Source: Chiloscyllium plagiosum (taxonomy: Eukaryota). Taken from it: a DNA stretch of 57,815 nt. This document shows positions 37,542 through 50,804 of the stretch, piece after piece. Both the position numbers and the translations under genes were made by a program. The notes beneath the pieces were generated by a model that worked only from the letters and a program-made list of their open reading frames with translations, searched no databases and had not been told where the DNA came from. The DNA is taken from the NCBI RefSeq assembly GCF_004010195.1, contig NC_057755.1:7808769-7866583 (forward strand), given 5' to 3'. Each line of letters begins with the position of its first letter. Positions within the stretch are counted from its first letter, which is position 1.

Positions 37542-38679
37542 AAGTTTCCTCCTTCCTCTAGTTCATGCCCTCAGTGATGAGGCCTTGCGGCAGGGAAATC
37601 ACTCCCATTCTCTGAGCTTGACCCTCAGTCTTTCACCGTTTGTTCAGTTTTCCAAGCTGGAAATTGGGGGATAGTGCTGATTCCTGTGAGCGATTGCCTT
37701 ACCCAGTCCTTCCTTCGTTCCCTGACAGGGAAAACTGCCACCTTCTTTTTTTAAATTTCCCGTAACTTTAATGATAAGGATTGAAACTAGAAATGGGCTG
37801 AACAGTTTTGGATTAGCTTTGGTGCCCCACGAGGATCAGGGTCTGGGTCTCGGGTGGGGACAGACAAAGTATCATCAACTCTGACTAACTGTTACTCCTC
37901 TCCCAAGGAGCCACGTTGAGCTGAATTGCCGTCTTGCACCTTCCGTCATTCCACGTTTCCCAGCTTCTGTTGTTGAGCTATTGGTGTAAAGCCCTAATTC
38001 CCTCACACCATCTAATGTGACATTGAGAGCTCACTGCCAATTGTATCCGTGCCAAGTATCAGAGGCTGTGCACTAGTAAACCTGTGTAAACATGCCCCCT
38101 GCCTCAGGGTTCATTCTGCAGGTTTGGAAGCCTCGTTTTCTCTGTTGGTGATGAGGTTAACAGCGTGAGAAAATGAGAAGACAGAGTAACATGGAAAATG
38201 GGAGCAGGAGTAGGCCAGTTGGTTCTTCAAGCCCGCTCCACCATTCAGTAACATCAGGGTTGTTCTTCCAACTCAGTCACCTTTTCCTATTTTATCCCCA
38301 TACACTTGAACCCAGTTAGCACCAAGAACTGTAACTAACTCCCATTTAAAAACATTTAATGTTTAGGCCCAAAGTGTTTTCTGTGGCACATGCTCCCACA
38401 GGCTCACCACTCTCTGATGAAAGGATTTCTCCTCTTCTCTGTCTGAAATGATTTAATCTGTATCCTTGAACTTTGATCCCTGGTTTTGGACTGCCGAAAC
38501 TGATGCACTGTTTACTTTCTCAGGGGGAGAATGATCGGTTGTGCCTGATCATCACTGAGTCACAGTGTCCCTCATTTTCTAGATCTGAAAGAGCTGGGCT
38601 TCAAAACTCACACATGAGATTTAACACATGAAGAGATATTACGTTGCACAGCAGCTCCAAATTTGCACTCTGCCCTCAG

Positions 38680-39125
38680 TACTAATATTCTAACAATGCA
38701 ATATTCCCTCAGCACTGACACTCCGGCAGTGCAGCGGTCCCTCAGTACTGATCCTCCGACACTGAGACGGTCCCTCACCATTGACCCTCAGATAGCGTGG
38801 CGCTCCCTCAGTACTATCCCTCTGACAGTGTGTCACTCCCTTTGTACTGACCCTCTGACAGTGCAGCACTCCCTCAGTACTGATCCTCTAACACTGCTAC
38901 ACTCCCTCAGTACTGACCTTCTGATGGTGCAGCGCTCCTTCAGTACTGACCCTCTGACACTGTGGTACTCCCTCAGTACTGACCCTTCGACACTGTAGCA
39001 CTCCTCAGTACTGACCCTCTGACAGTGCGGCACTCCATCAGTACTGATCCTCTGAAAGTGCGGCACGTCCTGCGTACTGACTCTCCAATAGTGCGGCAAT
39101 CCCACAGCACTTGCCCTTTGACAGT
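38680..39125 (+). repeat. 33-bp minisatellite (cactccctcagtactgaccctctgacagtgcag)
   Basis: About 13 tandem units; ORF track shows the 11-aa period LSTDPLTVxHS. Confidence 0.9.
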
Positions 39126-39425
39126 CTATGCTTTTAGACTCAACTGTTTTATTGTTTCATCTCTCTTTTGTAATTCAGCTAATTTCTCTGAATTAATTGT
39201 ATTCACTATGCCCCCAACTTGCTCTTGTTTTCTTTCAACCACTTGATCAAATGTAGTCTCTGATAATTGCACTTCAATTTCCGTATCTTTAATCCTTGAT
39301 GTCTCCTCCTGCTTCAAACTGTGAGTTTGTGACCTGGTTACCAAGCAGTCAGGGAAAATCTTGGAATGTACTTCCTGAAACATTTCAGTTGCCTGATTTT
39401 CCACTGGCTTTTCAACCACAGTAGG
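39126..39425 (-). mobile_element. Gmr1-like gypsy pol fragment (protease-integrase linker)
   Basis: IFPDCLVTRSQ...KLAELQKRDETIKQL, homologous to 45470-45750. Confidence 0.75.
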
Positions 39426-39427
39426 CT

Positions 39428-41035
39428 ACTAGACTAGGTAGGATTGAGGTTCACAAGGAAGAGGTATTAGAGAGCCTGCAGAGTGTGAAAATATATAAGT
39501 CCCCTGGGCCGGATGGGATTTATCCTAGGATCCTCTGGAAAGCCAGGGAGGATGTAGCTGAGCCTTTGGCATTGATCTTTAAATCGTTATTGTCTACAGG
39601 AATAGTGCCAGAAGACTGGAGGATAGCAAATGTGGTTCCCCTGTTCAAGAAGGGGAGCAGAGACAACCATGGTAATTATAAACCAGTGAGCCTTACTTCA
39701 GTTGTTGGTAAAGTGTTGGAAAAGGTTATAAGAGATATGATTTATAATCATCTAGAAAAGAATAATTTGATTAGGGATAGTCAGCACGGTTTTGTGAAGG
39801 GTAGTTTGTGCCTCACAAACCTTATTGAGTTCTTTGAGAAGGTGACCAAACAGGTAGTTGAGAGTAAACCGGTTGATGTGGTGTATATGGATTTCAGGAA
39901 GGCGTTCGATAAGGTTCCCCACAGTAGGTTAGTGTACAAAATGCGGAGGAATGGGATTGTGGGAGATTTCGCAGTTTGGATAAGTAATTGGCTTGCTAAA
40001 AGAAGACAGAGGGTGGTGGTTGATGGGAAATGTTCACCCTGGAGTCCAGTTACCAATGGTGTACTGCAAGCGTCGGAGTTGGGTCCACTGATGTTCGTCA
40101 TGTTTATAAACGACCTGGATGAGGGCGTAGAAGGGTGGGTTAGTAAATTTGCAGATGACACTAAGGTCGGTGGAGTTGTGGCTAGTGACGAAGGATGTTT
40201 TAGGTCACAGAGAGACATAGATAAGCTGCAGAGTTGGGCTGAGAGGTGGCAAATGGAGTTTAATGCGGACAAGTGTGAGGTTATATGCTTTGGACGGAGT
40301 AACCGGAATGCAAAGTACTGGGCTAATGGTAAGATTCTTGGTAGTGTAGATGAGCAGAGAGATCTCGGTGTCCATGTATACAGATCCTTGAAAGTTGGCA
40401 CCCAGGTTGACAGGGTTGTAAAGAAGGTATACAGTGTTTTAGCTTTAATTACTTGAAGGGTCGAGCTCTGGAACCATGAGGTTATGCTACAGCTGTACAA
40501 AACTTTGGTGTGGCCGCACTTGGGGTATTGTGTACAGTTCTGGTCACTACATTATAAGAAGGATGTGGAAGCTTTAGAAAGGGTGCAGAAGAGATTTACT
40601 AGGATGGAGGAAAGGTCTCACGAGGAAAGGTTGAGGGACTTGAGGCTGTTTTCGTTAAAGAGAAGAAGGTTGAGAGGTGACTTAATACAGACATTTAAGA
40701 TAACCAGAGGGCTAGATAGAGTGGACAGGGAGAGCCTTTTTCCAAGAATGGTGACGGCGAGCACGAGGGGGCACAGCTTTAAATTGAGGGGTGATAGATA
40801 TAGGACAGATATCAGATGTAGTTTCTTAACTCTGAGAGTAGTAAGGGCATGGAATGCTTTGCCTGCAACGGTAGTAGATTCGCCATCTTTAAGTACATTT
40901 AAGTCGTTATTGTACAAGCATATGGACGTATATGGAATAGTGTAGGTTAGATGGGCTTCAGATTGGTATGACAGGTCATTGCAACATCAAGGGCCGAAGG
41001 GCCTGTATTGCGCTGTAATGTAATTTTCTATGTTA
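39428..41035 (+). mobile_element. 5'-truncated CR1/HER1 LINE (RT domain; premature stop at 40454-40456)
   Basis: KSPGPDGI, NYKPVSLTS, DFRKAFDKVPH, KFADDTK; 3' tail to tctatgtt. Confidence 0.95.
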
Positions 41036-42035
41036 AATTCTTTGTAAAACATTTATAAATCGACCTGCGTCACCAGATGGAAGGAATAAACAGTAAAATT
41101 GGACTACTGGTGAAACCACTAGGAGAACATAGACTAGAAATAACCAAAGCCAGGGAAAGTAGGTCAAATTTTAATAATGAATAAGGGAGTTAAGTTCAAT
41201 AGGCTTTGTGCAAATATAAAAACCGAAAGAACTGCAGATGCTGTACATCAGAATCAAAAACAGCAGTTGCTGGGAAAGGTCTGATGAAGGGATACCGGAC
41301 CGCGATGTGAAGTCTGACTTCTCTCCCCAGAAGCTGCCAGGTCTGATGAGCTTTTCCAGCAAATTCTCTTCTTGTTACACACACATAACTTGTTTTAGAG
41401 ACTTATCAATAAAGCCAACAGCTGTAAGTATCGGGTAGTAAATGCGTGCTATCGGTAAGACTGCTGAGCAATTCATTCTGTCCCAATCAGGCCTGTCTGT
41501 TCCTGTAGAGTCAATTATTCTGTGCGTCAGAATACAATAATATTGTCAACACAGCTTCATTTTATTTGGAAGCGAAATATCCAGTGAGACAATAAATCTG
41601 ACTGAATCAGTAATTACACTAGCTGCAGTAATCTGAATAAGCAGCAAATTAACTATTTTCCTCTAAGGGTTATTTTGCAGTGGAATCTATTTTGAAAAGT
41701 AAGACGTCATTAATTTCGTGAGAATTAGAATTAGATTGTTTTGTTCTATGTACTCAAGCATAGAAGTATATGAGTAGAGTGAAACATGTACAATGTCACC
41801 ATACCTCGCGCCATCTTAAGTACAAAATAGCAACAAAAGGCTAAAACTGAAAAGACTTGCTTTAAAATATTTTTGAAAGACAGAAAGCTATTCTATACCA
41901 GACTGAGATGTCGCTTTCCCTTCATTATTACATTTTAAATCAACAAAATGCTGGCGTGTGTTTTCCACTGAGTGGGAATCTCACACCCATGCCTAATCTG
42001 GCCCTTTTCTTTCTGATGTGTCTCACATTTACCAC

Positions 42036-44253
42036 AGACCTGGAGAGGGAAAGGAACAGTTACCAAGGGAAGGAATTTAATTGGGGAAAAGGAAATTAGG
42101 ACGCTATCAGACAGGAGTTGGGAAGTACAAAATTGGGAGCAATTGTTCCACAGAAAGGGCACAGCAGACATGTGGAGTCTACTGATGGAGCAGCTGTTGC
42201 GAGTGATGCACCAATTTGTTCCTCTGCGACAGGCAAGAAGGCGTAAGATTAAGGAGTCTTGGATGAGAACAAGGGAGCTTCTCGTCAAAAGGAAGAAGGC
42301 AGCCTACATAAGATGGAGGAAGCAAGGATCTAGCACAGCTTTAGAGGATTACAGGCTTACTAGAAAACAGCTCAGAAAAGGATCTGAGAGGAGCTAGGAG
42401 GGGGCATGAAAAGGCTTGGCAGGAAGGATTACCGAGAACCGAAGGCATTTTTGTTATACGTGAAGAATAAGAGAATGATCAAGGAGAAGGGAGGACCGGA
42501 CAGGGATAGCGTAAGGAACTTATGTGTGGAGTCTAAGCAAGAAACAGGAAGTCCTAAATGTGTGTTTTGCTTCGGTTTTCACGAAGGAAAGGGACCTTGT
42601 TGTGAATGAGAACTTTGGGGAGCTGTGAAACAGGCTTTAACAGACCAAGATTGATAAAGTTGATGTGATGGAAATTTTGGCAAACATTAAGATTGAGCCA
42701 GATCAGATTTATCTATGTTGATTCGGGAAGCAACAAAGCAGGTTACTAAGCAGCTGGTGAAGATCTTTGTTTCCTCATTCTCTACGGGGGTCGTAGAGGA
42801 GGATTGGAGGGAGGCGAATGTTGTTCCTCTTTTTAAAAAGGGGAATAGGGAAATCCCTGGCAATTACAGACCAGTCCGTCTTATGTCTGTGGTCAGCATG
42901 GCTTTGGAAAGAATTTGAAGGATAGGATTTATGATTATTTGGAAATGCATAGCGTGATTAAAGGCAGTTAGCATGGCTTTGTGAGGTGTAAGTCATGCCT
43001 CACAAATCTTATTGAGTTCTTTGAGGAGGTGACAAGACAGGTCGATGAAGGTTGAGCAGTGGGTGGGGTGTATCTGGACTTCAACAAGGCATTTGATAAG
43101 GTTCCTCATGGTAGGCTCATTTATAAAGTCAGGAGGGATGGGATACAGGGAGACTTGGCTATTTGGATTCAGAATGGGTTGGCTGACAGAAGGCAGACAG
43201 TGGTTGTAGATGGAAAGCATTCTTCCTGGAGGTCAGTGTTGAGTGGTGCCCCAGAGGGCTCTGTTCTTGGGCCTTTGCTCTTTGCAGCTTTTATAAATGA
43301 CTTGGATGAGGAGATTGAGGTGTGGGTTAGTAAATTTGTCGATGATGCAAAGGTTGAAAGTACTGTTGAGAGTATCGAGGGCTACTGCAGGCTGCAGCGT
43401 GACATAGACAGGATGCAGAGCTGGGCTGAGAAATGGCAGATGGAGTTCAACCTAAATAAATGCCAAGTGATGCAGTTTGGAATGTCAAACTTGAATGCTG
43501 ATTATCCAATTAGAGACAGGATTCTTGACAGTGTGAACGAACAGAGGGATCTTGGTGATAAAGTGCATATATCCCTCAAAGTTGCCGCCCAAGTGGATAG
43601 GGTTGTTAAGAAAGTATATGATGTTTTGGCTTTAATTAACAGGAGGATCTGTTTAACAGCCATGGGTTTTTGCTGCAGCTCTCCAAGACCCTGGTGCGAC
43701 CACACTTGGGGTATTGTGTCCAGTTCTGGTTGCCCGACAATAGGAAAGATATAGAGGCTTTGGAGAGGGTGCTACGAAGGTTTACCAGGATGATTCCTGG
43801 GCTGGAGGGCTTTTCTTATGAAGAGATGCTGACTAAGTTCGGACTTTTCTCTCTGGAAAGAAGGAGGAGAAGAGGTGACCTGATAGAGGTATACAAGGTA
43901 ATGAGAGGCATGGATAGAGTTAATAGCCGGAGACTTTTCCCAGGGCAGGATTGACTGGCACGAGGAGTCATAGTTTTAAGATGTTAGGAGGAAAGTGTAG
44001 AGGAGACGTCAGTGGTAGGTTCTTTACACAGAGAGTTATGAATGCATGGAATGGAATTCCAGTGGTGGTGGTGGTGGAAGCAGAGTCATTCAGGAGATTT
44101 AAGTGACTGTTGAACATGCATTTGGGCAGGAGTGAATTGAGGGGTGCATAGGTTAGGTTATTTTATTTTAGATTAGGCATAATCCTCGGCATAACATCAT
44201 GGGCCGAAGGGCCTGTCATGTGCTGTACTTTTCTATGTTCTATATTCTATGTT
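42036..44253 (+). mobile_element. 5'-truncated, decayed CR1/HER1 LINE
   Basis: NYRPV, DFNKAFDKVPH, GSVLGPLLF, KFVDDAK; (tatgttc)n tail. Confidence 0.93.
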
Positions 44254-44254
44254 C

Positions 44255-47200
44255 GAACAAAAGACAACAGAATACCAAATAAAATAATTGTGCTGAAAAC
44301 CCAGTCGACTCTATCACAACTTAATGATGCAGTTCCAAATGCTTGAAACATCCCCATAAATACCCCCTTGGCAGACAAAATGAAAACGATAAAATCAAAC
44401 ACAGGTTCTCACGGGAGAGATGTCAGGTAGGCAGAGATGTTCAACATGGGACTGTTTCTTTGGGTGCCCAATAGCTTCCCTGGGTTCTCAGCTAAAACAT
44501 GACCAGTGGATGAACACAAAACAGCTGGCAAAAACCAGATCAAATCAAACCCTGATCTGTTAGATCTGGCCACTTCCCTTTCATTGTACACGCGTATCTA
44601 AGGAAAAAAAAAACTGAAAAACTTTCTCAAGTAGATAAATTCAGACATATCGGAACCTGTGCATTTAGGGCCCCTCTGAAAAAAAAATCAAGACCAAAAT
44701 AAACTTGCTGATGGAGCAACATCGTCACAATCTGATTATAATAAAGTGCAAATGGAATTCCATATCTCAATCATCTGGAGAGTGTTGCCAATAAGCCCTC
44801 AACATGGTCTTTAATGTCTGATGCCACGTTTCTAGCGCTCCCTGTGATTCTGCATGGCATGCAGTAGATTTGAAGTGTTTTATTCCTCAGTTGTCTATAA
44901 TATCCTTGAATAATTTTGAGGTAAATTTTGATCCTTGATCTGATCGTATATCTGTGGGTTGTCCGTATCTCATGAAAAAATTGAGTTACTCCACTACAAT
45001 CCTTTTAGCTCGATATTGCATAATGGAATGGCCTCTGGAAATCTGTGGACTCATTTATTATTGTAAACAAATACTGATTCTCATTTTTTTTTGTTTTAGC
45101 TAGGGGGTCCTACGCTATCAATTAAGACTCTTGAAAAGGGTTCTGCAAATGCAGGAATAGGTATTAAAGATGTGAGTTTTATTACTTCCTGCGGTTTTCC
45201 AATTACCTGACATGGATAACGTGTCTGGCAAAATTCAATTGCATCCTTGTCCAGTCCAGGCTAGTAGAAGTGTTTTGTGTTTTAGCTTGAGTTTTTCTTA
45301 CTTCAACGTGACCGCCTGTTGTTACTTCATGTGCCTTTCCGACTTGGTGAACTTCTGCTCATTTCCCAACTGCCTGAATGTGTGATGGTCTCCATTTTCT
45401 CACTAAAACATTATCTTTAACACAGTAGCAAACAGGGATACATTCGGATTCTTTTTCCGTTTCTACATTCTGATACAATTGCTTCAACTTTTCATCTTTC
45501 TGCTGTAACTCATTTAATTTTGCCGTGCTAGAGATTTCTACTTTATCAGCCATCTGCTCCTGGTCCTTTTCAACTATTGGTGAAAAAGAGTCACTGCTAA
45601 TTCCACTTCAACTTCCTTATATATAAACATTTTGATCTTTGCTATTTCAACTGATGACTTTGTGACCTCCTTACCACACAGTCAGGAATAATCCCAAGAT
45701 TTTCTTTCTGCAATGCCTCAGTTATCTGCTTTCTCACTGGATTTTTAATCACAATAGGCAACACTCCTACTTGTGAATCAATACGTCGTTAGCAATGGCA
45801 AATTATATTGCTGTAACTCAGAATTTGTCCACTAGTCCTACTCCAACTTCTCCACTCTTCACTGGACACTCTAACCTCACCCTATGCAAATGAGCATTTC
45901 TTCTCTCACCGTGAATTCCCGTGACTAGCATTTTATTTCTGGGAATAGTCCTTCAGAGTTACATATTTCATCATCTTCAACATCAAAGATTGAGAGGATC
46001 CCGCATGTCTTAACATTATAACCTCTTTACCGGCTGCTCCTGGAATATGCAAACAAGCTTAACCTACACAGGTTCATGGATTAAGATGAGCTGGCATTTC
46101 CTCCTTAACCAACCTCCGACCAGGCTCCGACCAGGCACCATTCTGGTGCATCTTTCTAGACTCCAATGTGTTTTCTGTTACCACTGCAACAAACTACACT
46201 GGTTTATCGTGTTTTCCTCTATCCATCTTCCCAATGTTTTTTTCTAACACACCAATACTGTGATTTTATGTGGCCTACTTTATTGCCGTGAAAAGACTGG
46301 AGCCTTTGAACGTCTGTTTCCCCTTCAAGGGATTTTTTTTACCCCGTGGTAAATTATCCATATGATCTCCACCAAGATCTGCCTTTCCCTTACCACGTGA
46401 GGATTTCTCATCTCCCCAATTTCTATCTCTCATGGATTGAAATTGACTTTGGATGCCAAAATTTGATTTCGCAACCAACTCCTAATCATTGGACATTTCA
46501 GCTGATAATAATGCCGTTTTAACTGTCTGCTCTTCCACATGAGACCTTGTTACATCAGGAAGTGAATTTTTTAACTCCACCAAAATAATTGCCTTTCCTC
46601 GAGCGTCATAGGTTTGCTGTATTTTTTGCCCTTATCCACCAATCAAAAATAATTTGTTTGATGATTTCATCCTCAATGTAGGTTTGACCAGGCCCCTTCC
46701 TTAGTTTCCTGAAATGCTGTCTGCCGGATTCTGGCACATGCTCATATGCACCTGAAATGGCTTTATGCCCCATGTACCGCCTCTGATATGATGCAAATAC
46801 TTCACTACATCTATCTCCAAGTTTTGTTTTGACAAACAAGAGTCACATGGTCACTGGCCACTTTAATTGTTCAGCCACACTCTGAAATTAGATGAAAACG
46901 GCTTCTACATCCTTCCCCTCAAATTTAGGTAATACTTGAATATATTTTATCAGATCCATGATAGCCTTTGGCTGCATTGGATTTGTTCATCCTCACTCTG
47001 TTCCTCACTCAGCTTACCTCCAGCCTTTATTTCCATCTTTTTAAGCTGACCTTCCTGTCCAAGTGTCAAATAATGAAGTTCAAACTCCCTGTCTTTCCTC
47101 TTTCCTCTCACTCCTTTTCTCTCTCTTCTGCTTTAATGGTAACTCACCTGTTTCATTCTATTGCCATTTCATTGTCATTTACTTCTAACTCAGGTGCTTC

Positions 47201-47970
47201 ATTTTCAATTGAATTTTAGCAATCTCTAAAGATTCTAGGGGCGTTTCCAACAAATTCCAGACAGCACTGTTTAATCCAACACCCAGAAGAAAACGACACT
47301 AATAACTTCCACTCACACCCTTTGAGTACGACAACCCGAACCCAATTTGGAACTGTATAGCAAATCCCACACAGTGCCATGATCTATTATGCATCAGGCC
47401 ATAACCGCTCAAAATGTTTCAAGAAGATAGCTAAAAACCTAACTTTTTCTATTGTTTTAATCAGGTGTATGGTGGAAATTCCAGGAGTAGTGCAATTGGC
47501 CCAATCATTCGGTTTGAAACAAAGCAGAATTTATTTACATATGAACAAAAGAGAACCGAATATAGAATAGCATATATGAAAACCAATTGGCTCTATCACA
47601 ACTTAATGATGCTGTTGAAAATACTTGCGACATCTCCACCGACACCCCTTTGGCCAACAAAGGTTCTTGCAGAAGAGATTCAAAGAGAGACAGTCAGTCA
47701 CGAAAGGTCTGTTGAATCCACAAGGTATTCTCCCAGGCAGTTTTCTTTGACGAACAATTCCAAACCAACTACTTGGTAAAACCAATCCAAACTAAACCTT
47801 AAACTGGGAAATTAACCGCTCCCCTCTCACGTGCAAGTGTTTAAAAAGAAAGAATTCAAAACCTTCTCTAGTACATACTTCCAGAAATATCGGAATCTCT
47901 GCCTTTATGAGACCTTTTTGAAAAAAAAAGCCAAGGACAACGTAACCTTGTTCAAGGAGCAACATTATTA
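44255..47970 (-). mobile_element. Decayed Gmr1-like Ty3/gypsy element: 5' LTR (about 47970-47384), gag, protease, integrase, truncated at a partial LTR (44729-44255)
   Basis: PKFEGKDVEA...VAEQLKWP; decayed zinc knuckle FHGNKVGHIKSQ; LRHAGSSQSL protease; HEVTTGGH..RKT; SDQGSKF...ESQGALETWHQTLK integrase core. Confidence 0.88.
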
Positions 47971-48739
47971 AACGCCATAATCTGGCACCATTTTAAAATA
48001 CAGGAAGAAAAAAAGAAAATACAGAAATAAAGTTCATCTTCATTCATCTAGGTCTAGGGGGTCACTTCTCTGGGCCTCCCTTGCCAGGAATCCCTCATCC
48101 AGGAACTGACACTGCCAAAGTTGATGACCCACAGATGCCACCATAAGTCCACACGCCAGGCTAACCACAGGGAGGAGTCCGCGCTCCAGGCCTACTGCCG
48201 CCAAGGTTCCATTCTCCAGGCCAACAAAGCGATGAGTCCCAGCCAACACCATCCGACCTCCCAGACATCAGAAGATGAAAGAAACGAAATGAATATAGAA
48301 GACAAAAAGGCGAGAGAGAAAAAGAATACCGCCCGTCCAACTTAAACACGACCTGCACTTTTCCTGCTGGGAGATTCCGGGCTAAGTTAGAGCCATGTCT
48401 GACTCATCCCAGTGATGCAAGCCAGCGCTTCTGCTCTGTTTCCTGGTGTGCTGTGTTTCATTGCGTATTTCCCTTTCTTGTTCAGTTAGTTAGGTCTTTG
48501 AACTGAAGTAACAATTCACCTTTCAGGGTTTATGGGGTTAGAGATACTGATATTTCGAATTATCGTGGGTTCCTAGAAATACCCCATTGAGAGCAATTTA
48601 TGCATCAGGATCTGCCATTAGTGTTCAATCGTCCTTCCTCAGGAAAGAGAGTTTCAGGATGAGGCAGAATCAGAACCACCCTACGACAAATCCCATATCC
48701 TCCCACACATACAGAAATACGGTTTCATGAAGAGACATT

Positions 48740-49520
48740 ACACACCAACGTGAAAAATGTCACAGAAACATTCCTATACACACACATGATCACACTCAAG
48801 CACATTAACAGAACTGCACACACAATTAGATGCAGACATTGAGCGAAAGTCATAAACAAACACATACACACAGATCCTGCTGGAGATACAGAAAAATCTT
48901 GACACGGACAGACAATAGTCTGAACAACACAATCACATGCTTGAACAGGAGCGAGTCAGGAAGAGACACACATGTGGACTCCCACAATGATACACCGAGA
49001 CTCAGAGACAGGTCGACATGGAGTCACAGAATCATCATGAGACGCTGACAGTAACACACACATTCAGCAGACACACATTATGGGAATGTAACCACACAGT
49101 CACACACTCACATACTGAATGAACTTGCACACAGACAGAAGCACAACAGATGTACAAGACCAAAACACACACAGATGCACTACCAGAAAGCGCAGTCATG
49201 ACTTAGACTGGAGTGGACAAAGATAAAAATCACACATCACAAACTAACTTTCAGAGTGCTGCTCCTTCCAACAGGTGATGAAAGGCTGGTGCTCTGAACG
49301 CTAGTGCTTCCAAATAAACCTGTTGGACTTAGACATAATGTTGCATGATTTTTAACATAAAGCACAGTAACAAACACATAGATAGAAGCACTCACAGTCA
49401 CAGAAGCACACAAACGCAAGAAGGATAATACGAGGGACGCACACACAGAGTGACACTCCTCCAAGGACAATGAAGCTATCCACACACAGACCATCACACC
49501 CGAAAGAGAAAGACACACAA
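48740..49520. repeat. CA-rich low-complexity tract with a short Penelope terminal fragment (about 49205-49355)
   Basis: gtggacaaagataaaaatcacac...gctagtgcttccaaataaacctgttggact module. Confidence 0.6.
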
Positions 49521-49799
49521 TCTCCCTCATTGACACGGGGGTGGGGAGGAGGTGGAATGGGGAGAAATATAGTAGGAGAGAGAGGAAGAGAGACAATCAA
49601 AGTGCCACAGATAAATGGACACAGAACTTTACATAGCTCTAATTAATATTGTGTCACTATATTGCTGGTTGTGTCCAAACATGACGTATTTTCGAAAATG
49701 ACTTCCTGCGGTAAAATCAGTGACTGAAGGGATGAGGAAGGAACTTGAGCCGATGCACGTGAACATTTGCTAAGCTGAGTGAAATGTCTGATTTCATCA

Positions 49800-49898
49800 A
49801 TGAGAGAAAGACGAAAAGAGAGAGAGAGGAGACAGAGAGAGAGAGAGATGTAGAAAGAATAAAACAGAGACACAGAATAACAGAGGGAGAGAGAGAGA

Positions 49899-49936
<38 letters not shown>

Positions 49937-50075
49937 ATAACATAGTGAGAGCCTGACAGTGAAATACTGGAAGAGAGCGAGAGTGACAGAGATAAATGTA
50001 GTAAAATAAAGCGACAGACAGAAAGAGGGAGAGAATGACAGGGCAGACAGAAAAAGGCAGAGAAAAGAGAGAGGG
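49800..50075. repeat. (GA)n microsatellite / purine-rich tract
   Basis: Direct inspection. Confidence 0.9.
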
Positions 50076-50768
50076 CAATATACAAGTGTTCTGAGTGGAC
50101 AGGAGTTGTGCTTAAAAAAACCTTCAAAAAATAAACAGCAGAGCAGAAAATAATTCCAAATGTCGATGAGAGGATCACCAACACACGGAGACTTTCTCTT
50201 GTTGTAATAACTTGTTTATTGCGAATTTGTACAGAGAGTCTGACAATCATCATGGTGCAGGCGGGACTGTTTCTGCCCCTAACCTTCCTCCCCCGCAGGC
50301 GAAATGTAGATACCCCTCTTGACAGTCTTTAACACTCATCCATACGGCTGTCCGTGAAGACTCAATGCTCCAGCTGAACCCAAAATTCATAGCCAGTCTG
50401 TCATTTAGAATCACTTTTCCAGTCTCTATCCATTTTAAACCGCCCGTCAGTCACCTCTTGCTTTCTTACTGTCACTTTGTGATATCCTTCAATAATTTTA
50501 ATGTAAATGGACTATTGTTCAGCTGTAGAAGGTGAGGGGTGGGTGGTCCTCTGTAGGCGGACGTGAATGCAGATTTTAGGTTATTATCAGATTAACCATA
50601 AATTTCTGGAATGGCAAGTGGACCAGAAACGAAGGGCTGAATGGCCTGGTACTACTCATTGTCTGTGTGTCCCCGTGTATGACAATTCGTCAGGCAATCA
50701 GGGACAGCATTCTGGATCAGTGGTGCTGGAAGAGCACAGCAATTCAGGTAGCATCCGAGGACAGGCAA

Positions 50769-50804
50769 AATCGACGTTTCGGGCAAAAGCCCTTCATCAG
50801 GAAT
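50769..50804 (-). ncRNA. Minimal hammerhead core within a Penelope insert (about 50707-51417) downstream of gene B
   Basis: Minus strand attc-CTGATGA-a-gggc-tttt-gccc-GAAA-CGTC-gatt. Confidence 0.75.

Noticed and set aside
39781..40500. 239-aa minus-strand ORF and similar antisense ORFs over CR1 copies
   Set aside because: Shadow frames of the CR1 reverse transcriptase.
49717..50253. 178-aa hydrophobic, membrane-like ORF
   Set aside because: Mostly (CT)n low-complexity translation.
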